Notes: generated by a model from the letters alone, not told the origin. 63,872 nucleotides of DNA, filler included, from Octopus bimaculoides (GCF_001194135.2; 5 parts of 5 records of this genome joined end to end with filler, not necessarily neighbours in it), one strand, 5' to 3'; shown: positions 37,260 through 52,079, counted from the whole stretch's first letter. Made by a program: numbers and translations.

Positions 37260-37477
37260 AAGAAGAAGAAGAAGAAGAAGAAGAAGAAGAAGAAGAAGAA
37301 TATGATGATGATGATGATGATGATGACGATGACGACGGCGATGATGATGATCATCATCATGAAATGATAATGACAATAACAACAGTTCCACCACCATCAG
37401 TACCAATGACAACAACAACATCAATGATGCAGGTAATGATGATGGAGACAATGATGGCAATTATAACAGTGGCAATG

Positions 37478-37532
<55 letters not shown>

Positions 37533-37884
37533 CGACGACAACGACGATGATGTTGCATAGCAGATTACTAAAGAACGTTAGTGCATCAAATGATAAACTG
37601 AAAAACTATAAAATGCTATCTAATACGTTTTCCCCATGAGTATTTGCTTTTACAGAATGTGTATTTGCTTTTATCAATTTTCTTCCTCTTTTTTCCTTTT
37701 TTGTACTAATGCGAAAATTTGCTATCATACTTAATACTGTATAAACATGCACATGTAATTATGCACACACACATACACACAACACATATAGATAGGTATC
37801 CATATATATATATACATATATACATGCATACATACATGTATGTGTGTGTGTGTACACAGTCACATACACAGATATATATACACA

Positions 37885-37926
<42 letters not shown>

Positions 37927-38714
37927 ATCATATATACACATATATACACATTTTAAAATATTTATTTTGGAAAGCATTTTTTTCCTCTTGATACAAATGA
38001 GGAATTTTGTAGAATGTGAAATAGCTTCAGTTGTGAAATACTTTGTTTGAACAGTCAAATACCATTTTTTAAAGAATGTTGTTCGAAAGTAGTAACTAGC
38101 AATTCTTCAATGTTTGATGAGGTCTCTCCTGCGTGCAGTGACGTCGTTTCGTTAGATTTATTATCATAAATAAAAGAATAAGTTTTTCTTCTACTTCCTC
38201 TTGCTTGATGCTGTAACAATCTAAAATGTATCTTCATGCATTGATGGCAGAATATCCAGCAGACAAAAAAAAAAAAGAAATAAAACTCCCACCATTTTTA
38301 TCACCCAAACCAGACAACATTATTACTATTTTTTTGGATAGTTTCTCTTCTACTTATATAGCACTGGAGACTAATGCATTGTCTCATTTAGCACCATCAT
38401 GTGGCTCTCAGATGCCTTTCACAGAGTCCTTTCTTGTGCAAGCATTCAGGCTAAGATTCTGGTTTGAGATTAACTTCCTCTCCTCCTCTCCTACTCATGA
38501 CAGAAATCTTGGAAATAATTCTTGGTTACTGGCCTACTTTCTTTGGATGCCATTGTATATGTGGATTTGTATGTTTTAGTTCATGCATTCATACACATAC
38601 ATTTATGTATCTACAGGTATTTACTTGCACTTATTACACACCAAACTTCTGGAGTGCTTGACAGTTTCACAGTACCTTCATGTAAGTATGTATGTATGTA
38701 TGTATGTATGTATG

Positions 38715-39306
38715 TTATCAATCAGTTTCATTTCTGTATTTCTTGTCGATAGAGAAAGAGCCGGACTCTAGCATAGATTCAAGGCTCCTTCATTGGAACT
38801 TTTATCAACATCATCTAGGTATTTGTGCATATGTGTGTGCATGTGCAGTATTTGGTGTTAGTGCATGCGCAGATTTCTATGTTTGTTTTATGGATGCGTT
38901 TTTATGTATATATTTTCATGTCTAGATGCATGCATATGTATTTATGTGCTAAACTTTTGGAAAGTTTTACATATCTTTACAGTTCCATTGATGGCTTGAA
39001 TCTGTAGTCTTCTAATCAGCCTTTTTCTTTCAGATTTTGAGAACCCTAATTTTTCCAGGTTTTTGTTGAGGCAGTTCGTTACATATCCCAATGCCCCAAC
39101 AATCACGGGTATGAATCTGAACTTGTAGTCTGGGTGGAGTATCTGCAAATTTCTCAGTAGCTCGGCGTAGTTGTTCTCTTTTTCTCTAAGCTTTAGTGTG
39201 ATGTTGACATCCGCAGGACAACTGATTTCTACTACTGTACACAGTTTCTCTTCTCTGTCCCAGATTACTGTATCCGGTCTATTATATCTGCATTTTATTG
39301 AGGTTT
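38715..39306 (-). mobile_element. REL-LINE 3' fragment (open frame 39306-38942 plus 3' UTR) between (CATA)n runs
   Basis: TSIKCRYNRPDTVIWDREEKLCTVVEISCPADVNITLKLREKENNYAELLRNLQILHPDYKFRFIPVIVGALG...GTVKICKTFQKF; same family as 23516-23802. Confidence 0.9.
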
Positions 39307-40789
39307 GTATGTATGTATGTATGAATGCTCATATGTATGTATGTATTTATGAATGAATGGATGGATGGATGGATGGATGGATGGATGGATGGATGGATGG
39401 ATGGATGGATGGATGGATGCCATTCTTTGGAATATATTTTAGTTTCTACTTTAGCAGAAATGAAGTTATAACTGAGGTGTGTGGATATATAAATTAGTGT
39501 ATACATATATGTTCGTATGAGCATATATATGTGGATATGTATGGATGAATGGAGGGACGGATGTGTGGATGCATGCATATATCAAATCACCCATCATGCT
39601 GCTGGTAACTATTACTAAGTACAGCCTGTTGCATGGTCAGGCCATTGGTGACTAAACCAACTATATGAAGCCTGCTTGATCAGAAGGGTAACTTTCGTTG
39701 GACACCCTACAGGATGAAAAACAAAACCTGTCAAAGAACAGATGAACCCAGTAAAGTCAACAGTTATCCAATAGCCAGGAGAGAGATACCTCTAGGCTTT
39801 GTTTAGACATTTCTCTAAGAGAAGAAAAATTCTGATTTAACACCTGCAGCTTTGTTTGCATCCAATGATGTAGACAAGTTTTTCAATTGGACAAATATAT
39901 ATGGTGTTTAAAGAATAGCATTGACCCTTTGCAAGGCCTTTCTTTACTTTAAAAAGTTTCAGACACAGGTATCACTTGAGTCTTAACATCTGTATTATAT
40001 GTTGCATACTATGGCTGGCTGTAGCCAAAAAAAAACAAAACACTAAATGAAAGATTCCATGTTGAAATAAATGCATGTGTCTGCGTGAATTGTAACTCAC
40101 TGAACACCTGCTGCAAGAGGTGCCCATCATTGCCACATTAGTGCAAAAGAGTCGTAGATTCTTAGCAGGATTGAAAAAATCACATCAGTACTGCTCATGT
40201 TTAAGAAAACAATTGTTTGCATTGCTCAAAATCAAGATGAAACCCTCAAGTATCCATACATGCAGTCATGTCTATGTATACTATTTACAGATGTGTATTG
40301 ACAAAAGATTAACTCATTAAGAAAAGAAACCGGTGCTCTTTGAAGCAAGTCCTTTACAAGAGCAAAGTCCTTCACCCTAATTGGCAAACACTCCCTTGTC
40401 ACTTTTATCATCATCATCATAAATGCAGTAAACCAATACACACACTTTTGGAATACTATTATGCAGAAATTGCAAAATGAAATAAATAAATGAATAAATA
40501 AATAAATAAAATGTTACATATGTTTAATTGAATGAAATTTGGTTAATAGTAATTACGAGTAATCATTGCTAATTATTAATTTTGTCGACATGTCAATGAT
40601 GTAAGCAGAAATGAAAGAGTATCAGGCAAAATGTCAGATCAGTGACATTTTCATACTGGGGTAGGTGATAGTAGAAAAGTACCCAGTTAGGTTTTTTTGA
40701 TAATTCATTAAAATGTCAAATTTTACAAAACCATCTGATACCCAATTGAAAATCAAATGCATGGAAGTTCTTTATATGTATATTCACAG

Positions 40790-41305
40790 GCATGACTATG
40801 CGGTTAAGGTTCAGTCCCACTAAGCAGACCCTGGGCAAGTGTTTTCTACTATAGCTAATCAAAGCCTTGTCAGTGGATATGGAGGATGGAAACTGCAGAG
40901 AGAGAGGGGGGATGGAGACACATATATGTATATATGCATACACACATACACACATGCACACTCATATACACACACAGAGACACATACATATGTGTGTGAG
41001 AGAGAGAGGAAGATTGTGTGTGGGTTCATGCTCAAATCTTCTTGTCTTGGCATTGTGCACTAATTGTAAACAAACATCACCATCATACAAGTAATGCCAT
41101 TCATTTACAATCCTCTATGAAATCCATTTGGGTGGGGGGAGTCATTGAGCTGTTTGTAAGTAAAGGATTAAAGGAAATATTACCTTACTTGGAATTAGGT
41201 GTGAGTTGAAGAGTGAAAGAGCATCTGGCCATAGAAAATCTGCCTCAACAAATTTCATTTAATTGACAAAAACATGAAAAACTGGTCATTAAAATGATGA
41301 TGATT
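40790..41305 (+). mobile_element. Degenerate family A head plus RTE-like tail SINE
   Basis: Same architecture as 35460-35875. Confidence 0.6.
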
Positions 41306-41417
41306 ATTTTGTATGTTTATTTGAGTATGTGTGTGTGTCTGTAAGTGTGTGTGTGCATGCATGTGTGTGTGTGTGTATACACACATACACATAGATAGGT
41401 AGATAGATAGATAGATT

Positions 41418-41807
41418 GTTGTTGTTGTTGGCACTCCATTGCTTACGACGTCGAGGGTTCCAGTTGATCCGATCAACGGAACAGCCTGCTCGTGAAATTA
41501 ACGTGCAAGTGGCTGAGCACTCCACAGACACGTGTACCCTTAACGTATTTCATGGGGATATTCAGCGTGACACAGTGTGACAAGGTTGACCCTTTGAATT
41601 ACAGGCACAACAGAAACAGGAAGTAAGAGTGAGAGAAAGTTGTGGTGAAAGAGTACAGCAGGGTTTACCACCATCCCCTGCCGGAGCCTCGTGGAGCTTT
41701 AGGTGTTTTCGCTCAATAAACACTCACAACGCCTGGTCTGGGAATCAAAACCTCGATCCTATGACCGCGAGTCCGCTGCCCTAACCACTGGGCCATTGTG
41801 CCTCCAC
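41418..41807 (-). mobile_element. tRNA(Arg)-like SINE (family D), little diverged
   Basis: Minus: TGGCCCAGTGGTTAGGGCAGCGGACTCGCGGTC...GGTTTTGATTCCC head; ends GGAGTGCC(AAC)n. Confidence 0.8.
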
Positions 41808-42239
41808 TAGATAGATAGTTAGATAGATATTATATCACAAAGGAAAAAAAGGATTAATAATCCATGCAAACATTTTATAAGCACTTCTAGGGATCAAACT
41901 CGGCTTATTAAACTTTCAGTAAAAGCTGTTATAATCCACATAGGCAGTAAAATTAAATTCCACTGCCTGTCCAATTTGTAAATCCAAAGTTCAAATAACA
42001 AATGAATTTAGCATAAGGTCACATAGAATAGTGGGAAAACACAAAAGAATGCAGATTCTTCTCTATTCCAAGCAGTATAGTATGGCTTTGATGAGGATAC
42101 TCTGTGTCAGTAGAATTTTAGTCAATCAAATATGGGATCGATTAATATGCATAATGACTGCACTGCAGAGTTTTTGTAATTTGGCAATCTATCTAGAACA
42201 TGCAAGAAAGCTGATAAAATAATGTATAATTCTCCATTC

Positions 42240-42655
42240 TTTTGTGTTGACATACTCTTTTACTTGTTTCAGTCATTTGATTGTGGCCATGCTGGAGTAC
42301 TGCCTTTAGTCGAGCAAATCGACCCCAGGACTTATTCTTTGTAAGCTTAGTACTTATTCTTTCGGTCTTTTTTACCGAACCACTAAGTTACGGGGACATA
42401 AACACACCACCATTGGTTGTCAAGCGATGTTGGGAGGACAAACACAGACACACAAACATATACACACACATACATATATATATATTCATATATACGATGG
42501 ACTTCTTTCAGTTTCCATCTACCAAATCCACTCACAAGGCTTTGTTCGGCCCGAGGCTATAATAGAAGACACTTGCCCAAGGTGCCATGCAGTGGGACTG
42601 AACCTGGAACCATGTGGTTGGTAAGCAAGCTACTTACCACACAGCCACTCCTACT
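42240..42655 (-). mobile_element. Near full-length family A SINE
   Basis: Matches 26415-26810. Confidence 0.88.
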
Positions 42656-42689
42656 CCATATAAATCTATATACATGCATACATCATCAT

Positions 42690-42950
42690 CATTATCATGA
42701 TCGTTTAACATCTGCTTTCCATGCTGGCATGGGTCAGGCAGTTTGACAGGAGCTGGCCAGGCAGAAGACTACACCAGACTCCCGTGTTTGTTTTAGCATG
42801 GTTTTAATGGCTGGATGTCCTTCCTAACACCAACCACCCAGCAGAGTGGACTGATTGCCTTTTACATGGCACATATACAGGCGAGGTCAGTTTTGGCATG
42901 GTCTTTACAGTTGGATGGATGCCCTTCTAAGTACCAACCACTTTACTGTG
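42690..42950 (-). mobile_element. RTE-type 3'-tail repeat (family E variant)
   Basis: Minus ends CATGCCAGCATGGAAAGCAGATGTTAAACGATCATGAT; contains TGGTGTTAGGAAGGACATCCAGC. Confidence 0.6.
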
Positions 42951-42965
42951 TACTTACATACATAC

Positions 42966-42996
<31 letters not shown>

Positions 42997-43010
42997 TGTA
43001 TGTATGTATA

Positions 43011-43066
<56 letters not shown>

Positions 43067-43374
43067 CACACATACAAAATAGAAGCACTAAGCTGTGAGG
43101 TGTGTAAATACAAATTTGTTACCAGCTCAAATATGTTTGGGGTATATCTGAACCCGTAAGATATATAGTCAAAAGATGGACAAACAATTATGAGTAGCAG
43201 AGAGAGTACAATAATTCTTCCTGAATTAAGGGTACACTCAATCAGTTGTGGACCTTGTACTCCATTGAGCACAGGCCATCAGCCATGCCACCAACCTCTT
43301 ACTCTTCTAACTCAGGCTTACAGACTGGATTCTACTTTCTCTCAACTTCCACCTAACTATACTTCCATTTAAAG

Positions 43375-43690
43375 ACAAGCAGTGGTTAGGGTATTCAACT
43401 CATGAGTGTAAGGTCATAAGTTCTATTCCCAATGGCGTTGTGTGTCCTTAGGCAAGACACTTTATTTCATGTTGCTTCAGTCCACTCAGTTGACAAAAAT
43501 GAGTTGTACGTGTATTTCAAAGGGATTGCCTGGGCACATTCTGTGTCACACTGAATTTCCCTGATAACTATGTTAAGGATATATGTGTCTGTGAAATGCT
43601 CAGCTACTTGTACATTAATTTCATGAGCAGGCTGTTCCGTTAATTGGATCAACTGGAACCCTTATCATCATGACTGACAGAATGCCAATT
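43375..43690 (+). mobile_element. Chimeric SINE: head/centre like 32470-32768, tail like family D
   Basis: CCTTAGGCAAGACACTT...TCCACTCAGTTG, then AATTTCATGAGCAGGCTGTTCCGTTAATTGGATCAACTGGAACCC. Confidence 0.65.
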
Positions 43691-44022
43691 TTGATGATAG
43701 AATAGCAGACTTCATTCTAAAATTATCTCCATATGAATAAACGAAGAATAGTCAAGTCAGAGGATGTTGCAGAACATTCACAAAATGTTCCTGATGTCTT
43801 GTCCAGCAATCAGTTAAATGTTCAAAGCTATAAGTTGTAACAGCACTACACTGCTTCTCTCATTAGCAAGTTTCATGACACACTTCTGGCTCTGATTTCC
43901 TCTAATTAATGTGGGCATTTCACAATACAGTTTGATGCCAATCTTGACAGATTCTGCACAGAATCTTCAAATAAATTTGTTGGCATTTTGACTCACCAGC
44001 AATGCTAAGTTACACTGGTCGC

Positions 44023-44293
44023 CAGGGCCAACACATGGAAGTGCAGGGCCCAATTAGAGAATTGTCAGTGGGGCCCTTTATAATTACAAATGCTGAAGAT
44101 TGATGTTTTATGTTTCATGTAGCATGCCAGTGCTTGGCAAAAACCATTGAGGACTTGAGGCTCCACAATTAGCCACAATGATATACTAAAAATTCATCAT
44201 AGTGTCCTTTGCTCAAATGTGTGCATGGGGCCCCTCTCTTGGCTCAGGGTCCAATTTGGACAAATCTGTCTGATTGGCTTAAAACTAGTCCTG
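44023..44293. mobile_element. hAT-type MITE with 8-bp target-site duplication
   Basis: Ends CAGGGCCA.../...TAGTCCTG, subterminal GGGCCC motifs, flanks CTGGTCGC / CTGGTCAC (one CpG-type change). Confidence 0.65.
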
Positions 44294-45129
44294 CTGGTCA
44301 CATGCTAAATTACACTAGTCATATAACTTCAGTTATATGAACATAGACATTTATTGGAAAAGTCATAGGAGCGCTTGTGTGTTTTGATGGCTATAATCCA
44401 TCAGTCAAAGCACTTCATTTTGGTGCGAAACATTCTTTGCAGACACCCTGTTCTAAGCCTATACTCCGTTATAAAAACCAAGTATTCACACTTCGAGTAG
44501 AGATTGTTGCAGTGTCAACTAGCATCAGTCAACCTGACAGATGAAAGACATCCTCTCATTCACTTTCTCACACTCTGTTGCCTTCTCTCTAATTCTGACA
44601 ACCTCGCAATACAATATTGAAATGAACATTCTGACTTGCATGCCATGTCAATCAGCTAAAGACTGCAAAAACTTCCTCTCAAACAGATATATGAATCATG
44701 AATGCATACACGCATACGTACACACATACCTCGTTCTTTCTTGTATTAATCTGTTACTTGAAATATTTTGTTAATGTTTTCTTGGACACTTTCCAAGAAT
44801 ATGAACTATGTCCATCCCCATAAATATGAACAATACCATACACAGACATAATGTAAAACAGCTTGGTTGCTATAGCTGCTGTTATTTTTATCCTATGCTG
44901 TAATTTTTTTAATCTCTTGTTCTGTTTTGATCCATCGTGATAAACTTAATCTTCTTAACAGAATAAAAATATAATTCAATATAATCTTCATTATTCTCTT
45001 CCATTAAAAATGTATTTGCTAACGTCTGAAGATAATGATCAGCAGTGCATGCACTTTCAAATACAACATGTATATATGTGTATGTGTGTGTGTATGTATG
45101 TATATACACATATATATATGTATATATAG

Positions 45130-45485
45130 TGGCTCGTAAATAGCACCATTTGAGTGGAATCGTTACTAGCACTTGTGCTGGTGGCACGTTAGAAAATTAT
45201 TCGAGCGAGGTTATTGCCAGTGCTGCTGGACTGGCTCCCGTGCAGGTAGCACATAAAAAGCACCATTTTGAGCATGGCCATTGCCAGTATCGTGTGACTG
45301 GCCCTCGTGCTGGTGGCACATAAAAGCACCCACTACACTCTCAGAGTGGTTGGCATTAGGAAGAGCATCCAGCTGTAGAAACTCTGCCAGATCAGATTGG
45401 AGCCTGGTGCAGCCTTTTGGCTTGCCAGTCCTCAGTCAAATCGTCCAACCTTTGCTAGCATGGAAAGCGGACATTAAACAACGAC
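45130..45485 (+). mobile_element. RTE-type 3'-tail repeat (family E)
   Basis: Tandem GGCACATAAAAGCACC units, TGGTTGGCATTAGGAAGAGCATCCAGCTGTAGAAA, ends GCATGGAAAGCGGACATTAAAC. Confidence 0.72.
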
Positions 45486-46202
45486 GTATATACATATACA
45501 TATCTACATATATATATGTATGTATGCATATATATGTATATATGTATATATGTATGTATGTATGTATGTATATATGTATGTATGTATATATGTATGTATA
45601 ATATCATTATTATCATTACACTCATCATCATCACTATTTTAATGTTCACTTTTCCATACTTGAATAGGTCAGATAAAAATAATTAAATAATTGAGGCAGG
45701 TTTTCTATGGCTGGGTGCCCTTTCTTTGGCCAACCTCTTTTGTTTTCATAAACAGATAATATTTCCTCCTTGGCCTGACATGTTTTCACAGTAAATTTGA
45801 AATGAGAAACACTCCTTGTTTCACAGCAACACTCATTTACAATCATTGCACAATGTTGAGATAAGGAGACACAAACACACACATGCACACTAACACACAG
45901 ACACACGTGTGCATGCATGCATGCATACATACATACATACATACATATATACATACACACATATAATATACATAGATATATATAAACACACACATATATA
46001 TATACATATTTGCACACACACACACACACACACACACACCTATGCAATAGGATTCATTCTATTTTCCTCTATCAAATCATCTCACAAGGCTTTGGTCAGC
46101 CGAGGGTTTAATAGAAAACACTTAAAGTGCCAAGCAGTGAGATTGAATCAGGAACAACATAACTGAAAAGTGAAATCCTTAGCCATACATTTATGCTTGT
46201 GC

Positions 46203-46252
<50 letters not shown>

Positions 46253-46379
46253 ATTCAGGCTCAATCACATTTTACACAGGTTGAAAAGACAGTAATTTTT
46301 ATTTTACAAATACTTCTATTCTATTAGTAAAAAAGTAAATGTTCAAGATTAAATTACTCCATATTTAATAATAATAATA

Positions 46380-46860
46380 TAGGCACAAGGCCAGCAATCT
46401 GAAGAGAATGGGCTGGTTAATGCCATTTACTCTGCTACTTGACCTTATCAACCCCTGAGGGATGAAAAGCAAAGTTGATCTCAATAGAATTCAAATTCAG
46501 AACATAATGAGCCAGAACAATTATCACAAGGCATTTTTCCAACATTCTAACAATTCAGCTAGCTTACTGCCCTGATATTGGTTTCTAATTTAAGCACAAG
46601 GTCAGTAGTTTTTTTTAGAGGAAAGGGAGTTTGTTGATTATTTTACCCTAGTATTTGACAGAGTTTTTATTTTTATTTTATTGATGCCAAAAGGATGAAA
46701 GGCAAAGTTGACCTCAGTGAAATTTGAATTCAGGAGGTAAAGAGGCAAAAGAAATGCCAGTAAGCATGTTGTCTAACACACTAAAAATTTTGCCAGCTAT
46801 TTCTATTATAGGCACAAGACCTGTAAAAAGTGATAAGAATGCTGCTTGGCATTTTGTCCA
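46380..46860. mobile_element. Cluster of degenerate family B SINE pieces
   Basis: Repeated GGATGAAA(A/G)GCAAAGTTGA(T/C)CTC...TGAATTCAG and AGGCACAAG motifs. Confidence 0.55.
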
Positions 46861-46894
46861 ACATGCTAACAATAATAATAATAGTAATAATACT

Positions 46895-47660
46895 TTCTTT
46901 ATTGGCCATCAGGGCCAAACACAAAACATAAAGGGTGATACACAGACAAGGGACAGTGGGGTTAAATGTGTAAACAGCAAAAAAAAAAAAAAATTAACAA
47001 TTAACAAGGAGATTAAAACCAACAACGTACTTCCCCAATAGGAGGGAGTTCCATCAAGAGGTGACCAAAGGAACCTCACACACTTTGGGCCCCTTAACAT
47101 CAAAGGTACCTCAGGTAGACACCCCTCTCCTCTTCATTCCATTCGGCCTATAGGCACACACTTAGAATAAGTCCATTCACACAGGCCATTCTTGTCACAT
47201 TTACCCACCTTTCAACAAATTTATTGGGTGATAGCACCTTCCTCTCCAGCCTCACTTTCCTCTTCAGTTAAACCTGAAAAAGTCAATGAGGCCTTGGGCA
47301 AAGAGGATGATACCCGTCTTCAACCTTTTTAATCACATCCACTGCACAGCCACTTTCACCATAGTCACCAGCCAGAGAAAAACTGCTTGTCCTTCCTGGC
47401 CAAAAGAAGGAGGTGGGACAATCTTCAAAATGGACTCAGACAATAGCTGGATCCATCCTACATGTGACAATAACTATTCAACAAAGCTCCACAAGTCAGC
47501 AATTTGTGGATACTGAATGAGAGCATGCAGAATGGTTTCATCACTACATGTACATCTTGGACAAGCAAGTCTGACTGCACACCGTTACCTGTAGAGCTCA
47601 TCATGAACTGGCAGAGTCCCCCCAGTAGCACTGCCAGGCCAAGAATTTCTGGAAGTTATC
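46895..47660 (-). mobile_element. Tx1/L1-clade LINE 3' fragment
   Basis: Minus: SLAWQCYWGTLPV...LACPRCTCSDETILHALIQ...LWSFVE...KIVPPPSF (C-terminal zinc-knuckle region); 3' UTR ends AATAAA then (TAT)n. Confidence 0.75.
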
Positions 47661-49853
47661 CATAAGTTCCAGCCATTAATCTGTGACATTGATTTGTGAT
47701 AGGAAAAGTAAGACTCACTGATATGTCTCAAAGCATATATCTAGGCTCTACTCCTAATGTCCAACATAACAAGTTGCCCTGCCTAGTTTCAATGTTTGCA
47801 ACAGTTCATTATGTTGGACGTCAGTAGATTAGTTTATTCTGCTAGTAACAAGGGACTGATGAAATATCTTGTGGTAATGAAATAATACAGTCAAAATAGA
47901 AGAGAAATCCCTAATTATACTACCTAACGTTTTAAGAGTAGGTGGTTTGTAATGTAATCAATAGTATGTTCACTTAGTAAATTAGAGTCAAGTTGTTCAA
48001 GTCCTAACTGTTGACATGTTCTTTTATCACTTAAATACATTCTTTTTAAGGTTTAATATCCCTTTTCTATCCCAGTTTGACTTTTCTACTAAATAAATTT
48101 CCTTTTTATAAAAGAAAGTAGATTATTTTTTAATGTGAATTGTAAATTAGGAAAATAAATTTTGGCAGACAGGAACAAGTAAAAACGCATTACAATTTTA
48201 TTTTGAATTTTAACTATCATTTCATATTATCTTATGGCCCAGCAACTTTAAATACTATCTGATATGTTTATTAGGTATGGTTAACGTAAATATCCAGCAA
48301 AGCTGTCTTAAAACAAGTAACTAGCTGACATTTTGCAGGATAACTTCTTACTGAAAGGCATCATAAGAGACAGTTGTTGACACCTCAAGTAATTATTTTA
48401 TCTTTTCTAATATTATATGATTAATATTTATGTAATAGTATTTGCTACTTCTATTTTATTTATATTTGTATCATTTTATAATTATTTAAAACATCAGTCG
48501 TCAATTGAATAACATCCTGACTTTGTTATTATTTTTCCTCATGCTAGTTAACTTTCCAAAGGCAATATGAATATTTAAAATTAAATATTACAAATTTTTA
48601 AAATATCAAATCTTATGCAAGTCTAGTTGTTTCAAAAGTCAATGGCAACAATCTAAGAATAGTAATACTGGCATGAGACTGAGAAAACTGAAAGCCATGG
48701 CAGCCATTCTGTGCTCAAAAACTTGATAGATAACATAAAAATTTATAAATATTGATAAATCTGGAAGCTATGTTCTGATGTGGCTAGCTAATTTCTAATG
48801 AAAACATCGGTTTTCAATTAACAACTGCGAAAAGCATCTGATTTTGATATTCATTCTTGATTTTAATTCTAATGAAATATTGATGCTATGGTATAGAATG
48901 ACATGGTGTGATGGGGTATGGTGGGGTGTGATATGATAAGTGATAATAGGGAAAATATAGTGTTTGATATAAAATAAAATAACAAATAACAAATAGCTTT
49001 ATGCTGTGTGTATATGTTATTATTGTATGGCTTCTTACTATATATATATTTATCATTAAAGAAGAGTATATAATTGTGAATAAATCACAATTATAACGGA
49101 GAGGGTTATAAAAACCCTTCTATGCTAAGAAATAGCAGTCAAAACTGCTATAAAGCCACTATAATCACTCATATTTAATCTCCACAATGCTGTCAGAGAG
49201 CGACACGACATAAGAATCCAAAATTTAGATAAAAATAAAAGGTTAGTCCTCTATTGCAATTTCAAAGTTAGGAACCAAAAATGGATCCATTCTTCTCTTC
49301 AGGAAGACATTCCTGTCCATAGAAATCAAGACAAAAAACATACTCAGGGGCTAAATGTGTTTCCCAACCGGCAAGAATAACGTATCAACGTCTTTCTACA
49401 TAATTCAAATTCTGAATTCAAATGACATGCACAGCATTTATAAGAAGAGACCAGTTAAAATGAGCCAGGGCGAAAAAAAACTGGATATAAGTGAAAAATA
49501 AATAATAAAAAAAAAGAGGAATGAATGTAATGTGACACTGGCACATCATTATCATCATTAACATCATCATCATCATCAACAGTAGCAGCAGCAGCATTGA
49601 CATCATCATCATCATCATTGTTTTTATCCATTTCTTTTTTTCAATACATCCAACAAAATTTAAACAATACTCTAAGACTTGAGACAGTATTCTAAGACTT
49701 GATACTCTTCTTGATGCCAATTGCTCATATATTTTATTTGTTTTTGTTTTTTAGGTAAGATGGTGAGCTGCTGGGCATTTTGTTTATCTGAGACATAAAC
49801 ATTGTTACTGCTGGCTAAATAGTGTCAATATGAAAATGTGGTTAGGAACAGAT

Positions 49854-49888
<35 letters not shown>

Positions 49889-49890
49889 GG

Positions 49891-49925
<35 letters not shown>

Positions 49926-50789
49926 TGGTTCAGGTGTCACATAAGAGGCATTGGTGCTGGTGACACAAAAAAATCACTTGTGTCATGCCACATTACAAGC
50001 AATGCTGCTGGTGTCAAATAAAGTAAGCTGGGAGGCAATTTTCTTCAGCTGGATGCCCTTCCTGGTGTCAACCTCCACCAGTTTCCAAGTGAAATGATAA
50101 TTCTCCAGTCTTTTTTGAATAACAAACAGTCTGGACATGATTACACAGAGCAATGTTTGAATGAGCCTTTTGTTTACAACTAGGGAACACACATGAAGAC
50201 AAGAGGTAAAATAAACTCATTTACACAAACACATACAAAAATGCAGTTTCTGCTTCTGGTTTGTTCTACTTTAAAAAATATTTTTAAAATTTTCTTTTAT
50301 ATATTTTTATAAATACAAAAGAACTACTTCCTTTCCCATGAGTGTTATTTCACACAAACATATCTTTTTTTTTGTCCCACAATCACAAGACCATCTTTGT
50401 TCACCAATTTCTTTCTATATTGTTTGATATTTTTCTGTTATTGTCCTTGCTTATTTGTTTCTTCATTATATATGTTTCCCTGTTCTCTTTGTAACTCATC
50501 TTTATTTACCATCCTGCCTAGAGACCTCATCTTTTCTTGTTATTGTGCTCATGTTCATCCTTTACAGCTTTTCATTCGTGCCCCAGCAACTTATGTTGCT
50601 GAAATTGCTAAATTGAACAGTATTATCAAGGGTGCCAAAATCATGGAGAATTTTAGTCAATAACTGATGCGGGGTATGAAAATGTTAGCATCTATTGAGT
50701 GTATTTTCCTTGTTTTTCTATATGTTCAGTTATCATCCTCTGTGCCAGAATTTATGTGCATATATATATTTATATCTTTGGCAGACTTC

Positions 50790-50940
50790 GTTCAATTTCC
50801 ATCTGACAAATTTATTCTCAAGGCCTTGATCATCCAGGAGCTAAAGCAGAAGACACCTGCCTAAAGCACCGTGCAGTGGAACTGATCCCAACACCATGTG
50901 GTTGAGAAACAAACTTCTTAAACATGCAGCTATGCTTGCA
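50790..50940 (-). mobile_element. Degenerate family A SINE head
   Basis: AGAAGACACCTGCCTAAAGCACCGTGCAGTGGAACTGA...CCATGTGGTTG. Confidence 0.6.
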
Positions 50941-52079
50941 TCTTGTCTCTTTAATATGACAAGGGTTACAGGCTAGACTTGAGAAAAAACTGGTACAGAT
51001 CTTCTATATCAAACGACCAGAGAATAATGCATAAATTTCAAATTCTTATCATCCAGTAGTTCATCTAAGCTGTGTTTTCACCTAGGCAGCATGTATCTGA
51101 AGTGTATCAGAGAAAGGTAGAATTCATGTAATGAATCACATTTGCTGGAATTCGTTGATTTATAGGTGATAAAACAGCAATACTAAAATATAAACTTATA
51201 TATATATTTACCCATTACTCATTTTATCATAAAATAAAAATAAAAAGTTTTAGGTTTTGGCTTATGAAAGTTTACAGGTTGATACTTATATTTATTGATG
51301 ATATTTTACATATATTCACAATTCAAAATGGCTGCCCTTTGCTTTCTCCATAGCTTTTAATTCTTTATACAAACCATTTTCAATGCAACAATTTGTTCAC
51401 ATTTTGTTTGAGCCGCCATATTTAATTAAAGGTAAAGAATAAAACAAAAGAATGTTAGGGAGCATTATATAACATTTGCAACTACTTTTGCAAATAAGAA
51501 TATTTCAATTTATGTTTGACTAATGCATAAATTATTACATTTAAATAATGGGCAAATGTATATACCACACTCGTCAGACCAATGGGCTCCATTTTTCTCT
51601 ATACATTGAATGTTCTGTACACATTTGGACTAGAAGTGTACAGAATCTATTATCATTTCAAACTTACCAATGAATACAGTTGATATAATCAATAGCATGA
51701 AATCTTGTACCTTTTATTGCAAGGTAAACTGAATATTTCAATATACTGTGTTAGTAACAGGATATGAACTGTTATCTTCAACTCTAGCAACTTGTTATTT
51801 ATGGCTCTCGAGATAATCACCTGTATTTATCTCTATTTCCTATTCACACACAATATAAATAAACAGAAAGGGAAAAACAAAGAGAAGACAGATTTTGCTG
51901 AAATGAAATCCAGCAGCTTCAATTTTTAGTAGAAATTTTCTTATTTGTAATGAATTTAAAGAATCATTTGAGAAAGAAAGATTGGTTGTAAGAATGATTT
52001 AGCTAGAATTAGATAGCTGTCTTTGATATTGTTAGCAAATGATATTATTTTATTATGTCAGTGACATTATTATATGACT

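Noticed and set aside
38055-38237. Minus-strand ORF in a small CpG-retaining patch with a TTTTAG acceptor and GTATTT donor
   Set aside because: Weak donor and no recognisable product; insufficient support.
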